This document shows, one piece after another, positions 1-9,795 of a stretch of DNA of 64,000 bases (the first letter of the stretch is position 1; every line of letters starts with the position of its first letter). The stretch lies in the NCBI GenBank assembly GCA_002762795.1, contig PCYA01000017.1, forward strand, positions 801 to 64,800, in the 5' to 3' direction. The notes under the pieces are model-generated. The model ran no database searches, had not been told where the DNA came from, and saw only the letters and a program-made list of their open reading frames with translations. Source of the stretch: Candidatus Woesearchaeota archaeon CG10_big_fil_rev_8_21_14_0_10_37_12 (GTDB lineage Archaea; Nanobdellota; Nanobdellia; Woesearchaeales; ARS49). The position numbers were made by a program, and so were the translations under genes.

Positions 1-225
1 CGAGACAAAACAAAAGATTTTGTCGAGCCTTTTAACCCCTGTTAGTTGCCCTGAGCCGAAGGCGAAGGTCGAGGAGCGACAGCGACGAGAAGTCGAGAAT
101 GAGTCGTTTTACTCAAAGCGAAGCTCTAAGAGAATAGTAGTGAGGGCAGGTTTGTTAAGAACTATTGGAGCGCAATAGAAAGTTTTAAAAGATCTGTTTT
201 TCAGAAAAATCATAGGTAAATTAAA

Positions 226-546
226 ATGGATAACTTGTCTCTGGAAAGAACATTAGATGATGGTTCGGTGCTTAAATTACGCAGTTACCAATTAGATGAT
301 ACTGGGGCTAATATATTAAATCGCCCTCCTAACTCTTATGAAACAGTATTAGTTTTAGAAACCAGCTTTGATATGCCACAAAGAACCTCTCCAAATGCAA
401 GTCGATACGTAGGACGAGATATTTTCGAGAGTTTATATGAATCAATAAAAGATAAAGAGGGATTTTATTTAGTATCCGGTTTCTTAAGTGAAGTTAAGTC
501 TAGGGTAAGCTTACTAGAAACACGTGAATTAGTAGACCGTCTCTAG
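226..546 (+). CDS. hypothetical protein
   Basis: 106-aa ORF with no recognisable motif; the GC-richer 1-225 region upstream may be the tail of a truncated gene. Confidence 0.3.
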   Translation: MDNLSLERTLDDGSVLKLRSYQLDDTGANILNRPPNSYETVLVLETSFDMPQRTSPNASRYVGRDIFESLYESIKDKEGFYLVSGFLSEVKSRVSLLETRELVDRL

Positions 547-687
547 ATATTACATTTCTTTACCTGCCCTCTATTTTTAACGACTCATTCTCGATTGCAA
601 CTAACAACTATTAAGCGAACAAAATGTTCGTTTAATATCACTATAAGAAGTATAAGGCGAACATTTATGGCTTGATGACTTTTCTCT

Positions 688-1494
688 TTGTTTATGGAAA
701 TAAATTGGAAGCAATTGGTTGAGCAAGAGGCATTGCTTAGGGGTTATTCAAAAAAGACTATTGAGAATTACATCTTTCAAATTGGTCGCTTTCTCAAGAG
801 TGGAAAACAAGCGCGCGAGTATTTGCTTCTTCTCATAAATCAAGGAAAATCCAACGAAACAATACGTCTAACAAATTTTGCAATAAAATTCTATTATTCC
901 GTTATTAATAGCACAGATGAAAACTTAGATTTGATCTTAAAAAATTTGCCGAACTCTAAAAGAGCTAAAACGCTGCCGAATATTCTCTCTAAAGAAGAAA
1001 TACAAAGAATGATTGAAGTAACAAAAAACATCAATCACAGGCTTATTATTCAGCTTGGCTATTCTGCGGGATTGAGAGTTAGTGAAATAATCAATCTGAG
1101 CTGGGAAAATATTGATTTTGACAGAAATATGGTTCACATAAAACAAGCAAAAGGCAAAAAGGACAGAGTTGTTATGCTTTCAACAAAAGTCAAAGAAGCT
1201 CTTGCCTCTTTTACTGCTGAAAAAATGGGGTTACTTTTCATAACAACAAGAGGAACAAAATACACACAAAGAACAATCCAAAAAATTCTAGAAAACGCAG
1301 CAAAAAAAGCTAAAATAAACAAACACGTAACACCACACACTCTTCGTCATAGCTTTGCGACACATTTGCTAGAACAAGGAACTGACATAAGATACATAAA
1401 GGATTTGTTGGGGCATTCGGATATTCGCACTACTATGATTTATACGAAAGTATCAAACAAAGACATATCAAAGATCAAAAGCCCTTTGGATTAA
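688..1494 (+). CDS. xerA: tyrosine recombinase (XerA/XerC-like integrase)
   Basis: C-terminal catalytic motifs LRVSE...HTLRHSFATHLLEQG...LGHSDIRTTMIYTKV (R..HxxR..Y) of the phage-integrase/Xer family; 268 aa as in archaeal XerA. Confidence 0.75.
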   Translation: MFMEINWKQLVEQEALLRGYSKKTIENYIFQIGRFLKSGKQAREYLLLLINQGKSNETIRLTNFAIKFYYSVINSTDENLDLILKNLPNSKRAKTLPNILSKEEIQRMIEVTKNINHRLIIQLGYSAGLRVSEIINLSWENIDFDRNMVHIKQAKGKKDRVVMLSTKVKEALASFTAEKMGLLFITTRGTKYTQRTIQKILENAAKKAKINKHVTPHTLRHSFATHLLEQGTDIRYIKDLLGHSDIRTTMIYTKVSNKDISKIKSPLD

Positions 1495-1571
1495 ATTAAA
1501 TAGTAAACTTTCAACAAAGATGTTTTGTACGTACACCACATTTTTAAACTTGTTTTCTTAAATGGTTTTTC

Positions 1572-2024
1572 GTGAAACAAATATCTCAAAAAGTTGGTGA
1601 GCAGGTAGTTTTTCAAATTATTAAATATGTTGCTGCAGCAGTGTACTTTGCAGGACTGGCATCATTAACTCCTTTGATTCCATTATTATTAACACCCACG
1701 GAACTTTTGCAAGCAAGACAAATAGTAATTACTGCATTTGGCTTTGTTATTGTTGCATTTTTACTCACGTTATGGGCGTCAAAAAACATGAAAATAGCAT
1801 TCAGGGCACTTGGTTACATGACTTTGTTTCCCGGTTTACTTACGGTCATTACAGCATACATTGGCGAGCGAAGAATGTTAGAATACTTATCTCACTTTGG
1901 TGAAATAACACCATACATTCAGGAATGGATACACCAGTACGTCCCAACAGCGTGGATAATTGCAGGAATTTATATTATTCTGGGAGTATTTTTTATTTGG
2001 TTAGGAGAGAAGTTTGGGAAATAA
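1572..2024 (+). CDS. hypothetical integral membrane protein
   Basis: 150 aa with 4 predicted hydrophobic helices. Confidence 0.4.
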   Translation: MKQISQKVGEQVVFQIIKYVAAAVYFAGLASLTPLIPLLLTPTELLQARQIVITAFGFVIVAFLLTLWASKNMKIAFRALGYMTLFPGLLTVITAYIGERRMLEYLSHFGEITPYIQEWIHQYVPTAWIIAGIYIILGVFFIWLGEKFGK

Positions 2025-2311
2025 TTAATAGGAAAAATTTAAATAATGCCTCTTTTACTCTGATCAATCATGGCTGAAAAAAATAATAACATAGCTTCTT
2101 TGCTTTTAACTAGCGTTCAGCCTATGCCCGCACAATAAGTGCAAAGCAGCTTTATTTGATACTTTTCATAAAATTTTCTACAAAACTATAGAGTAGCGTC
2201 ATACTTGATGCTTTCTCTTGAACCTTGGAGGCAGAAAAATGGAACTAGAAAAACGAACAGAAAACAAAGAACAAAACAAATACAGAGGGAGAATAACTTT
2301 CGGAAATACCG

Positions 2312-3100
2312 ATGGTTGTCTTCCTCGACAAGACAATAGGTGTAGTTGGAGCAGGCAGTATTGGAGAGGAAGTAATAAGTGCTTTATATGAAAAAGGTCA
2401 CAGAAATATTATTGCTACACGTCGCGATTCTGATGCTTTGCAAAGGCTAAGTAAAATCTACAAAGGCATAACTACAACTTCTGATAATTTGCATGCTGTA
2501 CGAAACGCAGAAGTGCTTGTTCTAGCCGTAAAACCTAAATCGATAAACGATGTACTTCAGGAGATGACCTTGCTATTAGATAAAAAACTCGTGTTGTCTT
2601 TAGCAGCGGCAAAACCTATTGCATCACTCGAACAAGCAGCAAATAATAAATCTATGCGAATAGGCAGAGTAATGACGGGGATTTATGTTGCCGAACAAAC
2701 AGCAATGTATGCTATGAGTGAATCTTGTACTTGTGAAGACAGAGAAATCGTAAAATATATTTTTGGCAAATGCGCGATGGAAAGAGAGGAAGCATTACTT
2801 GCGCACAGAACTTGGATTGCCTGCGCAACAGGGCTTTTACCTAACGCAATAGAAGAAGAAATAGCAGAACTTGAAAAACTGGGCATGAGTTCAGAAGATG
2901 CAAGGCAAATTTACGCAAGAGATTTAGAAGCAATAGCAAAACGCTTTCGTGAGGGACTCACTGGAAAGCAAATCCTTAATGCAGTTGGTGCACCAGGAAG
3001 TTTTACAAGAGGACTGACAGAACATCTTGAACGTGAAAGATATTATAGTTTGCTTCGGGAATGTGTAACAAAAACAGTAAATGCTTGTTCAGAAAAATGA
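2312..3100 (+). CDS. proC: pyrroline-5-carboxylate reductase-like NAD(P) oxidoreductase
   Basis: N-terminal GxGxxG (VGAGSIGEE), VLVLAVKP motif, C-terminal ...GAPGSFTRGL... resembling the P5CR dimerisation domain. Confidence 0.55.
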   Translation: MVVFLDKTIGVVGAGSIGEEVISALYEKGHRNIIATRRDSDALQRLSKIYKGITTTSDNLHAVRNAEVLVLAVKPKSINDVLQEMTLLLDKKLVLSLAAAKPIASLEQAANNKSMRIGRVMTGIYVAEQTAMYAMSESCTCEDREIVKYIFGKCAMEREEALLAHRTWIACATGLLPNAIEEEIAELEKLGMSSEDARQIYARDLEAIAKRFREGLTGKQILNAVGAPGSFTRGLTEHLERERYYSLLRECVTKTVNACSEK

Positions 3101-3122
3101 TTTTTTTTTTCTTTTTTATTCA
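3101..3122 (+). terminator. oligo-T tract downstream of the proC-like gene
   Basis: tgatttttttttttcttttttatt directly after the stop; archaeal intrinsic termination uses T-tracts. Confidence 0.4.
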
Positions 3123-3458
3123 AAAAGCACCATCTTTATTTGGACAGTTTGAAGGTATTGCTTGTCCTGTGTCCCACATTTCAACAATTTTCCCCTTCTT
3201 AAAACGGAACAAGTGCACAACACTTATATCGAGTTCGTCTTTACTGCGAACAAGACGAGAATGAACTGCAACCAAATCACCATCGCCGAGAATGTTCTTA
3301 ATGATTAATTTTTTGTTTGGAAGCTCTGCATGACTTTCTTTCATCGCAACCTGCAATACAGGAAATCCTTTTGGAAAATAGACATTATGGTGCTTGCCAG
3401 TCATATCAACATATTTTTTGTATGCTTCATCAATTTTTCCTTTCACAACCAACTGCAT
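3120..3458 (-). CDS. NTF2/SnoaL-like small protein
   Basis: 112 aa; length and hydrophobic pattern resemble SnoaL-like cyclase-fold proteins; weak. Confidence 0.35.
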   Translation of the reverse strand: MQLVVKGKIDEAYKKYVDMTGKHHNVYFPKGFPVLQVAMKESHAELPNKKLIIKNILGDGDLVAVHSRLVRSKDELDISVVHLFRFKKGKIVEMWDTGQAIPSNCPNKDGAF

Positions 3459-3491
3459 GAACGCTTTTGCCGATTTTTTGTTTTTTTTCAG

Positions 3492-3875
3492 TCACTTCCT
3501 TTCCTCAACAATTGTTTTAAACCCTCCATACGCAAACTTGTTCATGTCCATAATGTTCTTGAAACTATCTTTACATTCTTCTGCGTGTTTACGCATTTCT
3601 TTCATAACTTTTGCGTTTACTTGGTTTCTGTGCTGCTTTGATTTATAGATAATGAACGAGAAAAGAATAGTCTCATCTTTCTTTGCTTTTGTCATCTTTG
3701 GAAACATCAACGCTTTCATCCCGCCCATCTTTGGATTAAGATCATCTCCTATACACTCAAAATATTCTAATGCGCCATATTTTTTCCAAACCTCGCCAGC
3801 TTCTTTTGCCATCTTTGTGTATTCTTTTAACTTCCCTTTCTTTACTACTAGTACAAATCCATCAACATATTTCAT
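3492..3875 (-). CDS. DUF1428 family protein
   Basis: MKYVDGFVLVVKKGKLKEY...GALEYFECIGDDL matches the DUF1428 (YbaA-like) N-terminus. Confidence 0.6.
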   Translation of the reverse strand: MKYVDGFVLVVKKGKLKEYTKMAKEAGEVWKKYGALEYFECIGDDLNPKMGGMKALMFPKMTKAKKDETILFSFIIYKSKQHRNQVNAKVMKEMRKHAEECKDSFKNIMDMNKFAYGGFKTIVEERK

Positions 3876-3897
3876 TTTGGTTACCTCCTTTTAGCGT

Positions 3898-3980
3898 GTC
3901 AAGAACCACCCGTCAATAGACGGGTGGCATGAAGCGATAGCTTCATCTTCGCTTGTAATGACCAGTGGTTCTTGAGCACA
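3898..3980 (-). repeat. MITE-like element copy A (terminal inverted repeats CAAGAACCAC / GTGGTTCTTG) followed by a hairpin cluster to 4057
   Basis: Inverted repeats gtcaagaaccacc (3898-3910) and agtggttcttgag (3964-3977); internal hairpins CCACCCGTC..GACGGGTGG and GAAGCGATAGCTTC; reverse complement aligns with copies at 44663-44763 and 51441-51533. Confidence 0.6.
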
Positions 3981-4023
3981 CTCGGAATTCCACTTGTCTT
4001 CGTTAAGCACATACACGCTTCGC

Positions 4024-4437
4024 TTAACCACCAGTGAACACACTGGTGGAATTCCGATGTTTAAACAACACTTTGTATTTATCCCAGTATGCGTAACCGA
4101 GATATGCGTTAAGCAGGGCAATAACAATACCAATTGGTAAAAATATTGGAGCTAACATTGCATTAAACACAAGGATGCCAACAGATACTGGTGCTATCAA
4201 AATTGCAGCAAGAGCAGGCAGGAAGTTTAGCATAAGCATTAAACCAGTAACAATCTCAGTCACTTTGATCATTTGAAATAATCCTGCACTCCATAAATTT
4301 TTTGTTATGCTTGCCATTGGTTCTGGAATTCCGTCTGCATTTGGTCCCTGAACAAAACCCATTATGCCACTTGCTAAAAAAACCAGGCCAAATAAAATTC
4401 TTATGGTGTTTAGTAAATATTTGTTTCTAAAATTCAT
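4024..4437 (-). CDS. DoxX-family membrane protein
   Basis: 137 aa, 4 TM helices, DoxX-like pattern; the last 11 codons are encoded by the hairpin repeat at 4024-4060. Confidence 0.5.
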   Translation of the reverse strand: MNFRNKYLLNTIRILFGLVFLASGIMGFVQGPNADGIPEPMASITKNLWSAGLFQMIKVTEIVTGLMLMLNFLPALAAILIAPVSVGILVFNAMLAPIFLPIGIVIALLNAYLGYAYWDKYKVLFKHRNSTSVFTGG

Positions 4438-5477
4438 GCATTCACCTCGTTATTTAATTCTTTTTTAATCTCTTTCTTAAGTTCATCAATTCCGGTTTTT
4501 TCTTTCGCGCTAACTTTCATTGCTTTCTCAAACTCAACATTTTGATCTGCTTTGTTTGAAACTAAGATGATTGGCAGTTTGAATGCTTTCTTAATTTCCA
4601 GCAATAAGTTTTTTTGCTGTTTTACAGTATAACCGCAAGTCTCTGTTGGATCAATCACAAACAAAATAATCTTGGCAACATGCTTTAATGCAATAATTGC
4701 CTGCCGTTCAATAGGGTTTCTGGCTGACAAAGGACGATCAAGCAAACCAGGAGTATCAACATACTGGATTTCTTTGCCTTCATAACCCAAATTAAGCGTT
4801 TGCGTTGTAAACGGATAATGAGCAATTTTTGGAGTGCTTCCTGTCAAAGCAGCCAGTAAAGTTGTTTTGCCAACGTTTGGGAATCCTGCGATAACAACAG
4901 TATTAATATCGGTTTTTATTGAGGGAAAAGATTTCATTATTTTTCTTGCTTCCTCAAGATACTCAAGATTTTTTTTGATCTGTTTCATCACAGAACTTAC
5001 CCTGCCAGAAAAAGCAACACGAGCTTTTATTACGTGATCTGCTGTTCTTGCACCATACAGTCTGCCTTTCACTTCATACTGAACAGATTTGATTTGTTTG
5101 CCTGCCCAATTTAATGCACCTAAGCTTTTTTTTAACAACACATAATCAAGAGCGCATTTTATTAATTCCAGATAAAAAGGATCAAGATCATCAATACTTG
5201 GAAAACAACGCTCGATACGTCCAAGAGAGTCTGTTAAAGATCTTGTGATAGTATCTATTCTTTGACGTTCAGTTTCTTTTGTTTTTGCTAGCGGATCTTT
5301 TATTTTCAGTTTTTTTGTTTCAACAACACGAGCAGTACCTCTTTGGAAAGCAATATCTAAATACGTTTGAAATGATTCAATTTTCCCAAGTCCTTGAAGA
5401 TTCATAAAAAAATGAAAAGAAATTGGCTTTTTAAAGGTGTGTATTATAAATGGCCTGCATACCTGCTTTGCGAGCAC
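4434..5477 (-). CDS. NOG1-family GTP-binding protein
   Basis: G1 GFPNVGKTT, G3 DTPG, G4 NKAD, with a NOG1-type N-terminal domain; 4-nt overlap with the downstream gene. Confidence 0.75.
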   Translation of the reverse strand: MLAKQVCRPFIIHTFKKPISFHFFMNLQGLGKIESFQTYLDIAFQRGTARVVETKKLKIKDPLAKTKETERQRIDTITRSLTDSLGRIERCFPSIDDLDPFYLELIKCALDYVLLKKSLGALNWAGKQIKSVQYEVKGRLYGARTADHVIKARVAFSGRVSSVMKQIKKNLEYLEEARKIMKSFPSIKTDINTVVIAGFPNVGKTTLLAALTGSTPKIAHYPFTTQTLNLGYEGKEIQYVDTPGLLDRPLSARNPIERQAIIALKHVAKIILFVIDPTETCGYTVKQQKNLLLEIKKAFKLPIILVSNKADQNVEFEKAMKVSAKEKTGIDELKKEIKKELNNEVNA

Positions 5478-5637
5478 CGCGCAGGCATACAGGCTAGTAA
5501 TGCATGATTCTTATTATTAAGAAGCCTTGCGGCAGAAAGTCCGTAAAGATTACAATGTCTGCCAGAAACATTACGTGATTTTACAGGAAACGTTTAAAAA
5601 GAAAGAAAACTATTGTCGCTAAAAGAGAGATGATACT

Positions 5638-5988
5638 ATGGGTATATTACAAGGTTTAAGCAGATTACCGCGCATTCTTGCAGTAAACGAACAAAGTAAA
5701 CCCTCTTCTCAAGTCCAGCCTGAGCAGCAAGTATCACAAAGACCGATTGTTAATGATTATCACAAAGCATTTGTTCATGGAACTTCACAAGCAAATTTTG
5801 AAATAATGACGAAAGCAGTGCAATATTTTATTGCAAAAATCGCTCCGGAAGTTGAACGAGTTAAAGAATTATATAAAATTCTTGGCAAAACTGAATGGGA
5901 AAAAATCACTGATGAAATGATGGAACAAGTATTGCGCGAAGATAAAGACTCAGCAATAAAATGTCTTCAAATGTACAAATATATTTGA
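5638..5988 (+). CDS. hypothetical protein
   Basis: 116-aa ORF, no motif. Confidence 0.35.
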   Translation: MGILQGLSRLPRILAVNEQSKPSSQVQPEQQVSQRPIVNDYHKAFVHGTSQANFEIMTKAVQYFIAKIAPEVERVKELYKILGKTEWEKITDEMMEQVLREDKDSAIKCLQMYKYI

Positions 5989-6677
5989 ACAATATAGGCA
6001 GAGGCCTTGAGCGTATGGAATCTGAATACAGTCTTGTACAACACCTGCAACAAAATGGCTGCACAACAGAAGAAATAGCTTTTATTCAGGAACAAACTCG
6101 CAAATATTGGACACAGACATATGGTTTGCTTCGCTGGAAATTTAGAATTATACACAAAGATCTCATTTTGATGCATGACTTGCTTGAGAAACAACTAGAA
6201 AGACTTCAAGAAATAGATCACGAATCATACTTAAAAGCGCTCAGAACAGATAAAGAAATACAAAACATGTTTAATCAAGAATACGTTGCATTCTGGCAGC
6301 TTGTTGAACATGCAAAAATAACGGATGAACAAGTAGGAGGCATCTGGAATAGCATGCTTGTAGAAAAAGATAAACTACAAACACTGGTGAGAATTTACTT
6401 AACAGCCATTCAGCAAGAAGCTCGTGAAAACGTGTTTGAAAAAGAAACCAGATTAAAACAAGCAATAGCAGTTTTGTCATACCTTGTTGGAGCAGCAATA
6501 CTTTGTTACAGAATAAAACTAATACTTGCTGAATCAGTTGCAGGCAAAGTTCTTAGCTGGTTACGTTCAGATGTCAAACAGCAACAAAAACTTCAACTCA
6601 TATCTGATAAACTCAAAAATGTTAATAACGCGTTCGGACAAGATACACTAAAAGATTTGATGTTAGCTTTTGCTTAA
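5961..6677 (+). CDS. hypothetical protein (coiled-coil, C-terminal TM)
   Basis: 238 aa, overlaps the previous ORF by 28 nt in another frame. Confidence 0.4.
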   Translation: MSSNVQIYLNNIGRGLERMESEYSLVQHLQQNGCTTEEIAFIQEQTRKYWTQTYGLLRWKFRIIHKDLILMHDLLEKQLERLQEIDHESYLKALRTDKEIQNMFNQEYVAFWQLVEHAKITDEQVGGIWNSMLVEKDKLQTLVRIYLTAIQQEARENVFEKETRLKQAIAVLSYLVGAAILCYRIKLILAESVAGKVLSWLRSDVKQQQKLQLISDKLKNVNNAFGQDTLKDLMLAFA

Positions 6678-6742
6678 TGATTGTCTCGACAAACAAATAA
6701 GCTTAAATAATCAATCAGTTTTATTGTTGCTGAGGTGATATT

Positions 6743-7126
6743 ATGCCAGTATCTTTAGAAATACTTGCGACAATACTTGTTGTACTTGTAGCAATAAAAC
6801 TGTTATTTGTTTTATTTTCGCCAAAATCATGGCTGAACTTTGCAAAGGAACTTTACTCAAAACCAATAATAACACAAGTTGTTGCTGTTGTACTTGCGGC
6901 AATTGTGTTGTGTTATTTGCTCCAAGCAGGCTTAACAATCGTGCACATTCTTGCAGTGACATTGTTTTTATCTTTGGTGACTATCACAGGATTTGCACCA
7001 CATGGAAAACAACTTGTTTCATGGGCGAACAGACAAGGACTACAAAAATTATGCAAAGAACAATGGCTGCACATTGTTATATGGGTTGTTCTGATATTAT
7101 GGGGCATTAAAGAATTATTTTTTTAA
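6743..7126 (+). CDS. hypothetical membrane protein
   Basis: 127 aa, 3-4 TM helices. Confidence 0.4.
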   Translation: MPVSLEILATILVVLVAIKLLFVLFSPKSWLNFAKELYSKPIITQVVAVVLAAIVLCYLLQAGLTIVHILAVTLFLSLVTITGFAPHGKQLVSWANRQGLQKLCKEQWLHIVIWVVLILWGIKELFF

Positions 7127-7127
7127 T

Positions 7128-7406
7128 TTATTTTTCTCCAATTTTTAAAGGAACTAATTTAATGCTTTTTGCAAGACTTTCTAACAAATCAGTGCCTGCA
7201 TACCCTGCAACAAATGCCATGATTGTGCTGTTGCCGAGAACACTTCCAACAATTGCGCCAATAATAATTGCTATAAGAACTGTGCTCAGCAAATATGTAA
7301 ACACAAAAGTTCTGCCTTCAAGAAGGGCTTTTCTTACTCCAAGAAGACCTCTAACTAAGCCTCCAAGTCCGCCAAGCAATGCAAACATTACCCAGAGATT
7401 GATCAT
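7128..7406 (-). CDS. small membrane protein
   Basis: 92 aa, Gly-rich TM helices. Confidence 0.35.
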   Translation of the reverse strand: MINLWVMFALLGGLGGLVRGLLGVRKALLEGRTFVFTYLLSTVLIAIIIGAIVGSVLGNSTIMAFVAGYAGTDLLESLAKSIKLVPLKIGEK

Positions 7407-7588
7407 ACTGATGCAATATTGTTCAGGTATATAAATTTGTAGGAAGTTTGCAGTTTACAGTTTGCAGAATTAACAATAGAACTCTTAAATAGTTTGGAGT
7501 ATATAGAGAATGAAATAGGAGAAGAGATAAAGCCTAGTGTTGCGAGTGAAAAACCTGCACAAAGAATTATTGAAAAAATTCAGGCAAG

Positions 7589-7756
7589 AAATAAAAATCC
7601 CCGCCGCAAGCAGCGGGGTACAAGAAAATTCTTTGAATTTTCTGTACAGGAAAAGCATGCTTTTCCTTGTATTTTTAAAGTTATGATACTCCATCGATGG
7701 TAAGAAAAACAAGGACGAACCCAACCGCCCCAAGGAGCGGGGTATCATAACAAATG
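7589..7756 (+). repeat. structured ~165-bp repeat copy 1 (multi-hairpin, ends in ATGAA)
   Basis: Near-identical to the reverse complement of 45898-46042. Contains hairpin CCCCGC-CGCAAGCA-GCGGGG, hairpin GTACAAGAAAATTC-TTT-GAATTTTCTGTAC, and a 13-bp outer stem GTTATGATACTCC...GGGGTATCATAAC enclosing CCATCGATGG and CCGCCCC-AAGGA-GCGGGG. Confidence 0.55.
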
Positions 7757-7805
7757 AACAACGAAAAAAGAAAGAAGGATATATGGAGAAAAATTCTAAG
7801 CAACA

Positions 7806-7813
7806 TTTATAAA
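7806..7813 (+). promoter_or_regulatory. TATA box for metG (leaderless)
   Basis: tttataaa 24 bp upstream of the metG ATG at 7837. Confidence 0.4.
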
Positions 7814-7836
7814 CAAATCACCGTCAATAACAATTC

Positions 7837-9795
7837 ATGCCAAAGGAAACATATTATATTACAACTGCAATAGCATATCCTAATGCGAAACCACACATAG
7901 GGTATGCGTATGAGTTAATCATGGCTGATTTTCTTGCACGATGGAATTCTTTACTTGGGAAGGATGTTTTCTTTCTAACAGGAACAGATGAGCACGGACA
8001 AAAAATAGAAAACACTGCAAAAAAAGAAGGAAAAACACCAAAACAATTTGTTGATGAATATGTCACATACTTTCAAGAACTTTGCAAAAACCTAAACATT
8101 GCAAATAATAACTTTATACGAACAACAGAAAAAAGACATACAAAAACCTGTCAAGAAATATTCAAAAAAGTACAAGACAAAGGATTAATTTACAAAGGAA
8201 CATATGAAGGATTGTACTGCACAGGCTGCGAAGCATTCTATACTGAAAAAGACCTAAAAGAAGGTAAATGCCCAAATCATTTGAAAGTTCCAGAACTGCT
8301 TAAAGAAGAAAGCTACTTTTTCAAAATGTCAGTTTTCCAAGAACAATTAATCAAACACATCGAAAATCACCCAAATTTTATTTTTCCAGAATCACGACGA
8401 AAAGAAATATTGAACAGATTACAAGAACCACTTAAGGACTTAAGTGTAAGCAGAACATCCTTCAAATGGGGGATACCAGTACTGGGAGATACCAAGCATG
8501 TTATATATGTCTGGTTTGATGCACTTCTAAACTACATTAGCGGCATTGGATATCCCGGCAAAAAATTTCAAAAATACTGGCCAGCCAACTGTCATGTTGT
8601 CGGCAAAGACATCGCTTGGTTTCATACAGTAATATGGCAAACAATGCTCATGGCAGCAGACATCGAACTGTCAAAAACAGTGTACAGCCATGGATTTTTA
8701 ACAGTAGATGGGCAAAAAATGAGCAAAACATTGGGCAACGTGATTGACCCAATAGAAATATGTGATAAATATAATGCAGACTCAATACGCTATGTTCTCT
8801 TACGTGACGTAGTGCCGGGAGAAGATGGAGATTTCTCAGAAAAAAATTTGGTTAATAGAAACAACGCAGATTTAGCAGATGCACTGGGTAATTTATTGCA
8901 AAGAACATCCACATTAATTCATAAAAATTTCAATGGAAGCATTCCTGTTTGCGGTAAATTAATATCTAAGGAAAAAGAGCTTGAAAGTGCAATTCCAGAA
9001 ATAGCTGAGTTAAATAATTTGGTTGAGCAATATCAGTGGAACAAATTAATAGAGCTTGTCTGGCAATACATTCATCAATGCAACAAATATGTGAATGACA
9101 CTCAGCCATGGACTTTAGAGGGAGAACGATTGGCAACAGTTCTTTATACGTTAATTGAACATTTACGCATTATTAGCATTCTTGTCTGGCCAATAATTCC
9201 GGAAAGTGCAGAAAAACTAGCAGAAAAGCTTGGACAACCATTAGGAAAACTCAAAGATGCGAAGTTCAAAAAATCAACAAGAGGAATAGTGGCTGCACCA
9301 GAGCCGCTGTTCAAAAAGTTTGAGTATGCGGAAGAAGAAAAATCACTGCTGAACATCAAAGCAGGAAAAATAATCAGCGCACAAAAACATCCTGAAGCAG
9401 ACAAACTATACATCTTGCTCGTTGATATCGAAACAGAAAAAAGAACCATTGTTTCAGGACTAAGAGATTATTGCACAGAACAAGATCTGCTTGACAAAAC
9501 AATACTATTGCTTGTTAACCTAACACCTGCAAAAATAAGAGGCATAGAAAGCCAAGGAATGGTATTGACCTACGAACATGGCAGCGTAATAAAACCTGTT
9601 GAAATTAATGCAAAACCAGGAGAACAAATAACAATAGGAGAGCTAAAACCGCAAACGAAAAATATCTTGTTTAGTGAGTTTGAAAAACTAAAACTCCAAG
9701 TACAGAATAATAATTTGATTTGTGATGGAAAAATATTACAGATTAACGGAAAACCAATACACACAGACATGCCAAATGGAACAAAGATACGATAA
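7837..9795 (+). CDS. metG: methionyl-tRNA synthetase with C-terminal tRNA-binding (EMAP-like) domain
   Basis: HIGH motif (KPHIGYAYE), KMSKS (KMSKTLGN), zinc knuckle CTGCEAFYTEKDLKEGKCPNH, EMAP/Trbp111-like C-terminal domain. Confidence 0.95.
   Translation: MPKETYYITTAIAYPNAKPHIGYAYELIMADFLARWNSLLGKDVFFLTGTDEHGQKIENTAKKEGKTPKQFVDEYVTYFQELCKNLNIANNNFIRTTEKRHTKTCQEIFKKVQDKGLIYKGTYEGLYCTGCEAFYTEKDLKEGKCPNHLKVPELLKEESYFFKMSVFQEQLIKHIENHPNFIFPESRRKEILNRLQEPLKDLSVSRTSFKWGIPVLGDTKHVIYVWFDALLNYISGIGYPGKKFQKYWPANCHVVGKDIAWFHTVIWQTMLMAADIELSKTVYSHGFLTVDGQKMSKTLGNVIDPIEICDKYNADSIRYVLLRDVVPGEDGDFSEKNLVNRNNADLADALGNLLQRTSTLIHKNFNGSIPVCGKLISKEKELESAIPEIAELNNLVEQYQWNKLIELVWQYIHQCNKYVNDTQPWTLEGERLATVLYTLIEHLRIISILVWPIIPESAEKLAEKLGQPLGKLKDAKFKKSTRGIVAAPEPLFKKFEYAEEEKSLLNIKAGKIISAQKHPEADKLYILLVDIETEKRTIVSGLRDYCTEQDLLDKTILLLVNLTPAKIRGIESQGMVLTYEHGSVIKPVEINAKPGEQITIGELKPQTKNILFSEFEKLKLQVQNNNLICDGKILQINGKPIHTDMPNGTKIR

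Noticed and set aside
688-1494. Integrase as marker of an integrated mobile element
   Set aside because: No adjacent tRNA, att-like repeats, or phage/plasmid genes. The motifs fit the chromosomal XerA dimer-resolution recombinase that archaea encode. Kept as XerA-like but flagged because it is at the window edge.
3891-4133. 80-aa ORF on the minus strand across MITE copy A
   Set aside because: Entirely within inverted-repeat and hairpin sequence and overlapping the DoxX gene; artefact of palindromic DNA.
5440-5560. GC-rich imperfect palindrome (CCTGCATACCTGC...GCAGGCATACAGG) and GGCAGA..TCTGCC hairpin upstream of the NOG1 GTPase gene
   Set aside because: Stems are imperfect and there is no second copy in the window; could be a promoter or ncRNA but evidence is too thin to call.
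7485-7748. ORFs 7485-7748 (-) and 7494-7703 (+) lying inside the structured repeat
   Set aside because: They span hairpin DNA, are mutually antisense, have no start context, and the equivalent region in copy 2 is not open; treated as non-coding.
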